This document shows positions 39,078 through 48,283 of a stretch of 64,000 bases of DNA, piece by piece (within the stretch, counting starts at the first letter, position 1; each line of letters starts with the position of its first letter). The position numbers and the translations under genes were made by a program. The notes below the pieces were generated by a model. It was not told the DNA's origin. It was given only the letters and a program-made list of their open reading frames with translations, and made no database searches. This stretch comes from Candidatus Cloacimonadales bacterium (GTDB taxonomy: Bacteria > Cloacimonadota > Cloacimonadia > Cloacimonadales > DAONDQ01): NCBI GenBank assembly GCA_963662275.1, contig OY759316.1:2784001-2848000 (forward strand), written 5' to 3'.

Positions 39078-40938
39078 GAGACTGTTCATGAAGTTATTCA
39101 TAATATTCAATAAGTTAGAAAGTAGCAAGTTGAAAAAAGTGGTCGAAACGGTCATAATTTAACATACCTTCCAGAATTGACAGATAAGCTCTGCTAAGGA
39201 CACCAAATCACAAGTTAAGCTTTTTGACTAAAATTGAAAAACACGCGATTATAAGTAATGTTTCGAAGCCGTTTCTGACTAAATGTGTAGTTAAAATCAT
39301 ATAAAATAGTTCTTTACAAGTTTTTTGCTATAGCTTCAATGGCATTTGTTACCTGGTAACAAAAGGGAGGATATTATGACAAAAAAACACTCCAATTCAA
39401 GAAGCGGTAAGTGTTAGTCATGAAAGTAACCAATACCATGTAAGTATTAACGTACCATTTTCATTCACTTTGCCTGAGACAACATCAAACCACAAGTTCT
39501 TAATAGCGTTTCTACGCTTATTAGTAGGAATAGGCGGAGACAACCTCCTTACACTTCAGCAAATAGCTGATCTGTTTAACTACGCAGACCGCAGGAATGT
39601 ACATAATTTCTGGCAAGAGTTTGAGCAGCATGGTCATGATATCCTGGCATATTTAAGCCGGAAAGTTGACCTGCTGGAGTGTATTCCTCAGATCGAGAAT
39701 TTTGTTATCAATAACCTGCTTTTACCTTTAAATGTCATGTATCAGGAGTTCATCAGCCATCATGATTTTAAAATGTCCTATACCACTTTCTGCAAATATG
39801 CTTCTCAGGTCAATTCTCTGTCTGTAGTTAAGCAAGCTCAGAAGCTTCTTCTGAAAAAGACAGTAGGCGGTGATGCTGTACATCTGCTGAAACTGCTTGC
39901 CGGTCAGCAGAATACACCTGTTATCTGTGACAGACTCCTGGAACAAATGAAGACTGCTAAAGGCAATACATCCCATAGAACCGCCGATGCAAAGCCGTTC
40001 CATAGTCTGGAACGCAAGAACCTGTGTCTGCTGGTACATTACCTGGTTGGAAGCGGTATGAACTTCGAGACGATAGCTTTGCTGCTCAACACCTGTAAAG
40101 CTACAGTCTCAAATCTCTGGCATGAAATCGCTGACCTGCAGAGCCTGATTCTGAACTCAATCGGTAAGTGGAGCGGAAAGATCAGCATTGATGAGAAATA
40201 TGTGAAGATCAAAGGTATTCCGTACTATGTCATCAGTATTGTTGATTTTGTGACTCACATCCCTCTGTTTTGTGAGTTGTATCCTGACACAAAGAAAGAA
40301 TCATTCGAAGCATGTTTCAGAACCTTCAGACAGCTCTACAGGAAAGATCCAACCCTGATTGTCAGTGATGGCAGTAAATCGTTAGCAGTTGCAAGAAAAA
40401 CAGTGTTTCCAAAAGTCCATTACCAACTCTGTAAGTTCCATAAGATACGAAATCTCTTCAAAAGAATCAGTCAATGTCATCTCCCTGAAGACAGGGACAA
40501 GTTCTTTAAGAAGAGGATTATGAAAGCTTTCCGAAGAGAAACGGCGGGCGGAAGGAAAAAGGGTATCGCAAGCCTGACAGCTATTACTCCCCCAACCGCC
40601 GCCGAATACATCAAAAGCAATATCATTAGTGATTGGAGACACCTCAGCAAAGGTTTGACTTCCAATGTCTCTGAACGCTGGAACCGCAAAATCAAGAAGG
40701 TGACATCCGGTAGATTTGGACTAAAATCTGAAGAAACCACCCGCAACCTTGTGTTTTCGCTTTGGTTCAAAGAACTGGTCGATAAAGGTCAACCAATCAT
40801 GCGTCAGGAATCACTTTTAGCAAGTTTAAATATCTCCCGCATATGTCAAGAAAATGTGGATTGGTCGCACTTAGACCACTTTTTCTCTGTCACTACCAAT
40901 AAGGCTGCGTAAAATGGAGGTTAATTTTGAACAGTCTC
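39078..40938 (+). mobile_element. IS element (IS256/Mutator-like DDE), 1861 bp
   Basis: TIRs GAGACTGTTCA/TGAACAGTCTC; 8-bp TSD CTAGTCCC at 39070-39077 and 40939-40946. Confidence 0.93.
39376..40912 (+). CDS. DDE transposase with a frameshift at an A7 run near the start (long ORF 39470-40912)
   Basis: SIDEKY, VSDG, QLCKFH (CxxH) and SERWN motifs; RBS GGGAGG and ATG 39376 are out of frame by +1. Confidence 0.85.
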
Positions 40939-41037
40939 CTAGTCCCCAAGACTTTCGCATCTGCATTTTCTTCTTGACATCCCTTTCTTACTAACACTCA
41001 GATAAATAGATTAGATTTATCTCATGAGGAGTAGTTT

Positions 41038-42138
41038 ATGCGTTATAAAATTGTCTTTCTTTGTTTTTGTTTGAGCCTGTTCTTAATAATACCGATTCAC
41101 TTACAAGCTTGGTATTTTGCCAGATGGCATACATCAATGGGTGATTTTACTGCCATTTTGCGAGACGATCTTGCCCCGATTACAGTTACTAATTTCATTA
41201 ATCTTACTGATCGTCATTTTTATGACGGCTTACATTTCCACAGAATAATACATAACTCAATAATCCAGGATGGTGATCCATTAGGTACAGGCTATGGCGG
41301 ACCGGGCTATACAATTGCTGATGAATTCAATGTAGGATTGCATCATGATGTACCGGGAATGTTGGCAATGGCGAATACAGGTCAGCCACATTCGGGAGGC
41401 TCACAGTACTATATCACATTAGTTCCTCGACTAGACTTGGATGGTCATCTGAGCATATTCGGTAAAGTTATCCAAGGTATGGATGTAGTACAAAGTATTG
41501 GAGCCGTGCCAGCAGACAGCATTACTGGACACCCGGATTCACCGGTATTTATTAATACAATAGAAATTATGGATCTTGTTATCAATTCTGTTACCCCTTC
41601 AGACAGTATGGTTGTGTATGATATGCAAAATTCACAGCCTTTTATTATAGAAGCTTTCGGGTTCGTAAACAGTGTCACATACCAATGGCTTATCAATGGT
41701 GTTGCACAGGCTGATTCAGATTTTATGTTCACTCCCTCTTTCCCTGCCACCGGAGTTTATGAAGTCAGGTGTGTGGTAACAAATGATGATTTCAGCTTTC
41801 CTTTTACCTGGCACGTTACTGCCATCTCAGTAGCCAACAACGATCCTGTAATTCCAAATCATAATCTGATTATTTCGAAGAATTTTCCTAATCCTTTTCG
41901 CGATGAGACCTCGATCTCTTATCAATTCAAAACCAGCGAACCATTGCAGATCAATGTCTATGATATCAGGGGAAGGTTGGTTTATCATGACGGTAATGCT
42001 GTTCCCCTGAGTGGAATGAATCGCTGGTCTTGGAAAGCGATTACGTCTGATGGTACAGATCTGACTTCAGGAATATATCTATTCGAGTTTAAAACAGCAG
42101 GTGAAAGAAGAATTGTAAAAGGGATACTGATTAGATAA
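41038..42138 (+). CDS. Secreted cyclophilin-type peptidyl-prolyl isomerase with T9SS-like C-terminal domain
   Basis: FYDGLHFHRII, GTGYGGPGY, LAMANTG and FGKVIQGMDVV motifs; NFPNPF tail. Confidence 0.92.
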   Translation: MRYKIVFLCFCLSLFLIIPIHLQAWYFARWHTSMGDFTAILRDDLAPITVTNFINLTDRHFYDGLHFHRIIHNSIIQDGDPLGTGYGGPGYTIADEFNVGLHHDVPGMLAMANTGQPHSGGSQYYITLVPRLDLDGHLSIFGKVIQGMDVVQSIGAVPADSITGHPDSPVFINTIEIMDLVINSVTPSDSMVVYDMQNSQPFIIEAFGFVNSVTYQWLINGVAQADSDFMFTPSFPATGVYEVRCVVTNDDFSFPFTWHVTAISVANNDPVIPNHNLIISKNFPNPFRDETSISYQFKTSEPLQINVYDIRGRLVYHDGNAVPLSGMNRWSWKAITSDGTDLTSGIYLFEFKTAGERRIVKGILIR

Positions 42139-42215
42139 GGGGCTAGGGGCTAGGTGTTAGGGGCTAGGTGTTAGGGGCTAGGTGTTAGGGGCTAGGTGCT
42201 AGGTGTCAGGTGCCA
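42139..42215 (+). repeat. Heptamer array GGKGYTA x11 directly after the stop codon
   Basis: ggggcta and ggtgtta units. Confidence 0.95.
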
Positions 42216-42640
42216 GTCTCAGCTATCCGAAGGATGCTACTCTGTTAGCCCAGGAAGTCCTTCCTGGGAATTCTTGTCAAATGTAGTCAGAATTCGTTTG
42301 GACGATATAAGATAACCTTTTGAGCTTAAATAAAAGCTAAGAGCTGGTTCATTGAGTGATTTCGACGAAGGAGAAATTGTATCGAAATGACCCAATGTGA
42401 CCCTATATGGTTGTGCAATGTCGTCTCCTCGATACAAAAAGATAAATCTGTTCACTCGGAGAACTCAGCTTTCATCCTCGATTGCGAAAGCTCGTTTTCT
42501 GGGAAGTTCAACCCGTCATTTTCATCGTTGGTTACGAATACCCGAATAGCTTATCTGGGGTCGAACTCCAAATCTCCTATTAGTTAGATATAATCAATTT
42601 GTCTTTAAGGGAGATTTGAAGACCAACGTTAATTATACAA

Positions 42641-43939
42641 TTATTGAATATATAATATTTTATAACTGCGTGTGATGTTACCCTGGATAGCTTTAACAAA
42701 ATAAATCCCGGTGGCTATCTTATTACTTTTCTGGTTTTTCCCATCCCATCGTATTGTAGTACCTGGAGTAGTGCTTTCCTTATGAACTAACTGTCCCTTC
42801 AGGTTGTAAATACTGATCTGAATTGGTTTCTTATCCAGTGTACGACTTTGAAATGTAACATTGTTGCTGAAAGGATTGGGCGAGATTTGCAAAGATAAGC
42901 CCTGGATCGGTGATGCAATAGGTGTATCAATGGATGTAGTGTTATCCCAAACATACGTTATTCGTGTATCATCCGACCATCCAGTTACTTGATTGTAATT
43001 TTGAGCAATATCAACAGCGAGATTGGAATTTGCATCATTCGTATACAGATTCTGTCCGAATGAAGCCCATATACCTGATCCATTAGAATCTTTTTCATTC
43101 AATTTGGAGATGAGTAAATTAAGTCCATTGTATGTATATGTGTTACGATCACTTTCTACCCATGAATCATTTGTGTAAATCGATGTAATATCTGTTGCAA
43201 GCTTACCAAAATACATTTCTCCACCAGTAAAACTGTAAACAGGATAATACTTAGCAATATATTCAATTAAGGAAGCTCCTGTCGTAATATCAGAAGCTTG
43301 GTAAGTATAAGCGAGACGATCACTGTTTACCCAATTTGTCGAATCTTGTGAAACTTTTGTAACACCTATTGATATTCTACCTCTTTCATCAGTCGTAAAA
43401 GTTCTCACGGAATAAGATGTCGTACCGAAATAGAACATCATTGATGCAATTTCAGACAACTGCTGCCCATTGTAGGAAAAATGATACCTGAAAATCAATG
43501 GATTTACTGAATTCTGCATTTGCGAAATACTAACATGCCTGAGTCTATTTTGCTCATCATATACGAAACTAGCTTCGCCCAAATCAGCGTTTTCATTGTT
43601 GTATTTTCGATATACTGCAGATATTACATATTGGTGTGAATTATCATATGTTAGAATCGTCGTTTTATCCGATCTCCAGGAATCCTCAGATCGATATGAG
43701 CCTGCAATGCTATCAATTTGAGTTGCATATGTCGGATTATAAAAGTATTGGGTTCGATTGATTAGCGCCCATACGCCATTCGTACTCATTTCAGTCGTCG
43801 TTTGCTGAATACGTCCATTGCGCTCAGAATTGAACTGCAAACCATTTTGTCCATCAAAAAAGCAGTTTGCGTTAAGAAGAAAAGGAATAACCATTAAAAT
43901 AATAAAAAATACATATGACTTCATATTCTTGACCTCCAT
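42641..43939 (-). CDS. Secreted protein with YD-like repeats and T9SS-like tail; paralogue of 4604-5932
   Basis: Shared F.GQN.L...S.R.G, YTYQ..D.T and NTYTYN motifs; SPNPF tail. Confidence 0.85.
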   Translation of the reverse strand: MEVKNMKSYVFFIILMVIPFLLNANCFFDGQNGLQFNSERNGRIQQTTTEMSTNGVWALINRTQYFYNPTYATQIDSIAGSYRSEDSWRSDKTTILTYDNSHQYVISAVYRKYNNENADLGEASFVYDEQNRLRHVSISQMQNSVNPLIFRYHFSYNGQQLSEIASMMFYFGTTSYSVRTFTTDERGRISIGVTKVSQDSTNWVNSDRLAYTYQASDITTGASLIEYIAKYYPVYSFTGGEMYFGKLATDITSIYTNDSWVESDRNTYTYNGLNLLISKLNEKDSNGSGIWASFGQNLYTNDANSNLAVDIAQNYNQVTGWSDDTRITYVWDNTTSIDTPIASPIQGLSLQISPNPFSNNVTFQSRTLDKKPIQISIYNLKGQLVHKESTTPGTTIRWDGKNQKSNKIATGIYFVKAIQGNITRSYKILYIQ

Positions 43940-44145
43940 AGATTTTTGCCAGCTTAATCAAAGAGTATTTTCTTAGTCAATTTCTTGTGAAGTAACTTTG
44001 TGAAATTCTCAGAATAATCCGATATTGGAATCAAGTATTGCCGTTGGTAAGTCCCTTCATCCCAAGAGATGAAGACCGGCAGCAACCATGACAAGCTGCC
44101 CCTTTCCACTAGCACCTAGAACCTAACACCAAGCACCTTCTGTTC

Positions 44146-47100
44146 TTATTTCAGCAGTACCATCTTCCTTGTCTGCAAATAATTACCAGCTTTCATCTGG
44201 TAGAAATAGACACCGCTAGCAATAGAATTTCCATTCTCATCTTTTCCATTCCACAGGATTGATTGACTACCAGCATTCCGAACTTCATCCAGGAGCGTTA
44301 TCACCTTTTGTCCGCGTGTATTAAAGACATCGATGGAAACCTTCCCCTTTTCCTTTAAATGGAAGCGTATTGAGGTATTCGGATTGAAAGGATTAGGGTA
44401 ATTTCCCAGTAATAATGATTGATTCAATGCGACAATTGGATCATCAATACCTACTCCTCCTGTGCTTACAATCTTCACATCATCAACGAGCAAGGCAACA
44501 GAATTATTTGAAACACATTGAATTGCCAGGTACACTGTTTGGTTGTTATATGCAGAAATATCATAGTTGTATGATGTCCATTGATCATCGGGCACAATCA
44601 CGGTATTCCCGTTAATGATGCTGCTAAAACTTCCTGGCTCCATATTGGTCGTAGAAATCAATAAATTGTATCTTTCCAATCCATAGATAGATGAGTATGA
44701 TTTAGCCCAGAAATTGAAGGATGAATTGGTGCCCAAGTGTATTTGAGGTGTTATCAACCAGTCATTATTAGGATGATCTGCATTATCAAAGCAGGCAAGA
44801 ATCTTATTTCCGGAATGTGAAGAAAGAGAGAGCATTTGAGGGGTTGTAGCTTTTGGATTGAAAACCATGAATGATTTAGGGATTGTCTTATTCAGATAAT
44901 CCACACCATTAAAGTATAATGTGGAATATTGATCTAAATCCAGGTTCGACCAAGGTGAAAATATAAGAGAGAAATCAGGATAGTTTTCGAAGGAATCTGA
45001 AAAAACGAGATTCGGATATCCACAAGTAACATCTACGGTAAATGTATTCGAATGATCTGACTCCGCTGTTCCGTAGATTGCGCTTAACTCATATTGATAC
45101 AATCCGTAGGGGACTGATTCATCAATATATGAAGTGGCGAGAGGATTAGCTATTGTCGATATGTTATTTCCATTTCGAAACAAATTATACCCTGTAACTG
45201 TATAATTTACGCTCTGTGATGGAGCTTGCCAAGTTAAATGTACATTACATGAATCTACGACAGCGTTCAAATTAGAAGGAAGTGGCAATATACTGTTATC
45301 CGAAAAACCCGAAATAGGAATCACATGCTGCAATCGATTGTTCATATTATCTGTCACATTCAGAATTGCATTTTTTATCCCTTCTGATGTAGGATGGAAT
45401 ACAACAGATACAGAAATGGATTGTCCAACAGCCAATGTATTCGGATAGCTATTGGTATCCACAAGATTAAACTGCTCAGCATCAGCTCCTGTCATCGTTA
45501 TTGGTTGAGTGATAGTCAATGCCTGCAAACCGATATTTCTGATTCGAATATTGATTGGTACTGAAGTATCAAAGACATTGAGCTGACCAAAACTTACATT
45601 CGAAGGATAAGAATAAAATTGTCCTTCCTCAGACATCGGCTGGAATTGTAAACGAGTGTTAGGAATGTAGTACTCCCTCTGACCGGGTAGAAGATGTGCA
45701 ATATCGATGTTCTCTACATCGCTGTAATGTTGAATAGCACGGGTTGGTCCTAGAAAAGTGCAATAAAAATCATCTGTATATGCATGACTGACAGACATAT
45801 CTTTATCTATACAAACGACCAGGTTATTGATATTATCATAAATAAATGGTTCTTGTAATGGAATCTCTACCCATCCAAGTTCAGGTGTGACATTCAATAA
45901 ACCTGTATAAACAAGAGTTAGCGCACTGGCAGGCACCCAGTCAGTAGAAAGTGTAAATACATTATGATTTGTATGCCCCATGTATACTCTGATAGAATCT
46001 GACCATGCCCCTCCCCCATTATATTGATAGTAAAGGGAACGGATCAGGCTACTAGGTTGATTCAGTTCTGGTTGCAGATAGATTGTTTGAGAGAAACTGT
46101 GTAAACTTTCAGGCTCTAAAGGTAAACTAACAATAACAGATGTATTGGTACCAATTTGCACGGTATTTGGCTGGCTGGTTGTAAAAGACCAGATTGGACA
46201 TCCCGTTGCGTTGCCGTTTGCATTATAGGGAACAACCTTCCAGAAATAAGTGGTAGAACCATTCAAAATGGGAAGATAGGAATTAACCAAACCGAGATCA
46301 ACATTATTGAGGACATTCGTGGGGGGATTATTTGTGCCTAAAGATAGGCGATAACCCGTGGGAGAAGGACTCTCAATATCAGGAAACCAACTCAATGCCG
46401 TGGTAACGAATTGATCTACCGCGTTGTTAGCCGGTGAGATCCTGATTAATGGTAAAGGTATGCCGACAGGTTGCTGTTCAAAAACTACATCATCGATGTA
46501 CATATTCTGGCCATAACAGGCTGTTCCCTTGAAAATGATATATTTAACACCTGTTGCTGTTGAAGGGAAATTGAAATAGTATTCGTGCCAACCCTCTTCT
46601 GCTTCGACAGGAAGAAGCCCCGGAATTCTATGTATTACACCAAGAGAATCTGCTCCATTTAATGAACTTGTCGAACTAAGCCATACACTAATCATTTCAT
46701 TATGATATTGCTGCTCTGCATGTAGATTACTTCGATTCATCCAGAATCTGACCCGATAATTATTACCGGGAAGCACAACTGGAGGAGATACTAATGCTCC
46801 CTGTGTCCCAAACGGAAAAATCCAGGATTGATAGCTAGCCAAAGCTGCCCCTGAATGAGGTGGGCAGTCTGGATATAAGCCATAATCATCACGATCCCAT
46901 AATCCATAACCATTATTTGTGATACTATATGTCACCCAGCCGAAGGGTGGGAAAGCCATGTCATCGAAACTTTCTGAATGTGGGAAAGTACTGACTGCAG
47001 TATTTAATCCAAATCCGGTTAAAGTCAAGACATGCGAAGTACGGGTTAAGTCATCTGTCAATGTAAGTGTGGCATGATAAGTCTGTCCAACAGTAGGTCT

Positions 47101-47934
47101 GAATTTAACAGTAAAATTAATACTGGCTCCTGCAACCAGATTAACAGGATAAGAATTGGTATCAGTAACGATAAAACCACTCGGATTCTCTCCACCCAAT
47201 GCTGAAGAATTGATGTGCATGGATGTACCGCCAATATTTGAAACGTTAACAGTTTGTTCATCTGAAGTTGTATTCAAAATAAAACTGCCGAAATCAAGAG
47301 CTGAATGGTTCATAACAAAGACTCCGGGTCCTTGAAAAGGGTTAATATTCAACTGAATGTTAGATCTATATGAATATCCGATACCTGCTTCTGTGGGAGG
47401 TAAATCATCCGCGTACAGACGGTAAGCCATGGTAGTGTTCAAATTTGTATAAGTCCATTGTGTACCTTCAGAACTGCCAGCACCATCTGAACCATAATTA
47501 CATTCTATCAGGACTAACAGGTTATCAGTATTATATGCAAAATCTATTGTATTTATCACTTTCCAACTATTCGCATCGGCACCTGTTATCGTACCATCAT
47601 AGACAAGAATTGCACTTGTTGTCAATGCAGACCAGGTTTCTGATGTAAAATACGTAGCAGTTGTAGTTTTCATGTAGATTTTAACTGGTAATGACAAGTT
47701 TTGAGTAATTGTAGAAAACCATGCAATATCAGTAATGGTTCCATGCATCCCTACTTCAGAAGCCAAGTATATATCCGCGCTTCTTTCATACCCAAAAAAG
47801 CTTGTTATAGGCTGCCTCTGCGTGGAAGTTCCATGTCCAATCGTAACAGTTGTGGCAAAGAGAGTGATCATAGAACAGAGAATAATAATTGAAAAGAGTA
47901 AAGTCTTTACTGGATTCATGTCAAGTACCTCCAT
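44146..47934 (-). CDS. Large secreted adhesin-like protein (choice-of-anchor D/J, FN3, FlgD-Ig), paralogue 1
   Basis: Signal peptide; cleaved-adhesin-like NDWLITP...FWAKSY; NYPNPFNP tail. Confidence 0.9.
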   Translation of the reverse strand: MEVLDMNPVKTLLFSIIILCSMITLFATTVTIGHGTSTQRQPITSFFGYERSADIYLASEVGMHGTITDIAWFSTITQNLSLPVKIYMKTTTATYFTSETWSALTTSAILVYDGTITGADANSWKVINTIDFAYNTDNLLVLIECNYGSDGAGSSEGTQWTYTNLNTTMAYRLYADDLPPTEAGIGYSYRSNIQLNINPFQGPGVFVMNHSALDFGSFILNTTSDEQTVNVSNIGGTSMHINSSALGGENPSGFIVTDTNSYPVNLVAGASINFTVKFRPTVGQTYHATLTLTDDLTRTSHVLTLTGFGLNTAVSTFPHSESFDDMAFPPFGWVTYSITNNGYGLWDRDDYGLYPDCPPHSGAALASYQSWIFPFGTQGALVSPPVVLPGNNYRVRFWMNRSNLHAEQQYHNEMISVWLSSTSSLNGADSLGVIHRIPGLLPVEAEEGWHEYYFNFPSTATGVKYIIFKGTACYGQNMYIDDVVFEQQPVGIPLPLIRISPANNAVDQFVTTALSWFPDIESPSPTGYRLSLGTNNPPTNVLNNVDLGLVNSYLPILNGSTTYFWKVVPYNANGNATGCPIWSFTTSQPNTVQIGTNTSVIVSLPLEPESLHSFSQTIYLQPELNQPSSLIRSLYYQYNGGGAWSDSIRVYMGHTNHNVFTLSTDWVPASALTLVYTGLLNVTPELGWVEIPLQEPFIYDNINNLVVCIDKDMSVSHAYTDDFYCTFLGPTRAIQHYSDVENIDIAHLLPGQREYYIPNTRLQFQPMSEEGQFYSYPSNVSFGQLNVFDTSVPINIRIRNIGLQALTITQPITMTGADAEQFNLVDTNSYPNTLAVGQSISVSVVFHPTSEGIKNAILNVTDNMNNRLQHVIPISGFSDNSILPLPSNLNAVVDSCNVHLTWQAPSQSVNYTVTGYNLFRNGNNISTIANPLATSYIDESVPYGLYQYELSAIYGTAESDHSNTFTVDVTCGYPNLVFSDSFENYPDFSLIFSPWSNLDLDQYSTLYFNGVDYLNKTIPKSFMVFNPKATTPQMLSLSSHSGNKILACFDNADHPNNDWLITPQIHLGTNSSFNFWAKSYSSIYGLERYNLLISTTNMEPGSFSSIINGNTVIVPDDQWTSYNYDISAYNNQTVYLAIQCVSNNSVALLVDDVKIVSTGGVGIDDPIVALNQSLLLGNYPNPFNPNTSIRFHLKEKGKVSIDVFNTRGQKVITLLDEVRNAGSQSILWNGKDENGNSIASGVYFYQMKAGNYLQTRKMVLLK

Positions 47935-48223
47935 AATAAAAAGAGTTATTACTGATAATTATCCAAAGAGAATTTTAATACTTTCTTACATGTCACTATC
48001 ATTCCAAATATTTATATAATACAAACATTAATTTGATTTTATTGATTATTTGTTAAAATGTGGTAAATATTCAAGATAAAACATGGCTATTTTTCTGAGT
48101 ATCTGGTTGGTCTTTTTAACTTCTCACCAATTAAGGGATTTCTTAGTTCTTTTATCCCGAAGAATGGAGACCGTAACAAACCGTTACAAAATTCTGCCTC
48201 TTTGTTCTTCTCTGATCTAGCCT

Positions 48224-48265
48224 CACTGTACGCTGTACCCTGTACGCTGTACGCTGTTCCCTGTA
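48224..48265 (-). repeat. Heptamer array CSCTGTA x6
   Basis: Lies 18 nt downstream of the stop of 48284-53383. Confidence 0.9.
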
Positions 48266-48283
48266 CCTAATACTTTCTGCTCA

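Noticed and set aside
42237..42587. Overlapping small ORFs between convergent genes
   Set aside because: No recognisable motifs or RBS; the region contains the dispersed 41-nt repeat
24534..43939. Integron cassette array
   Set aside because: Genes are large, in mixed orientation and have their own promoters; no consistent RYYYAAC...GTTRRRY attC sites and no IntI
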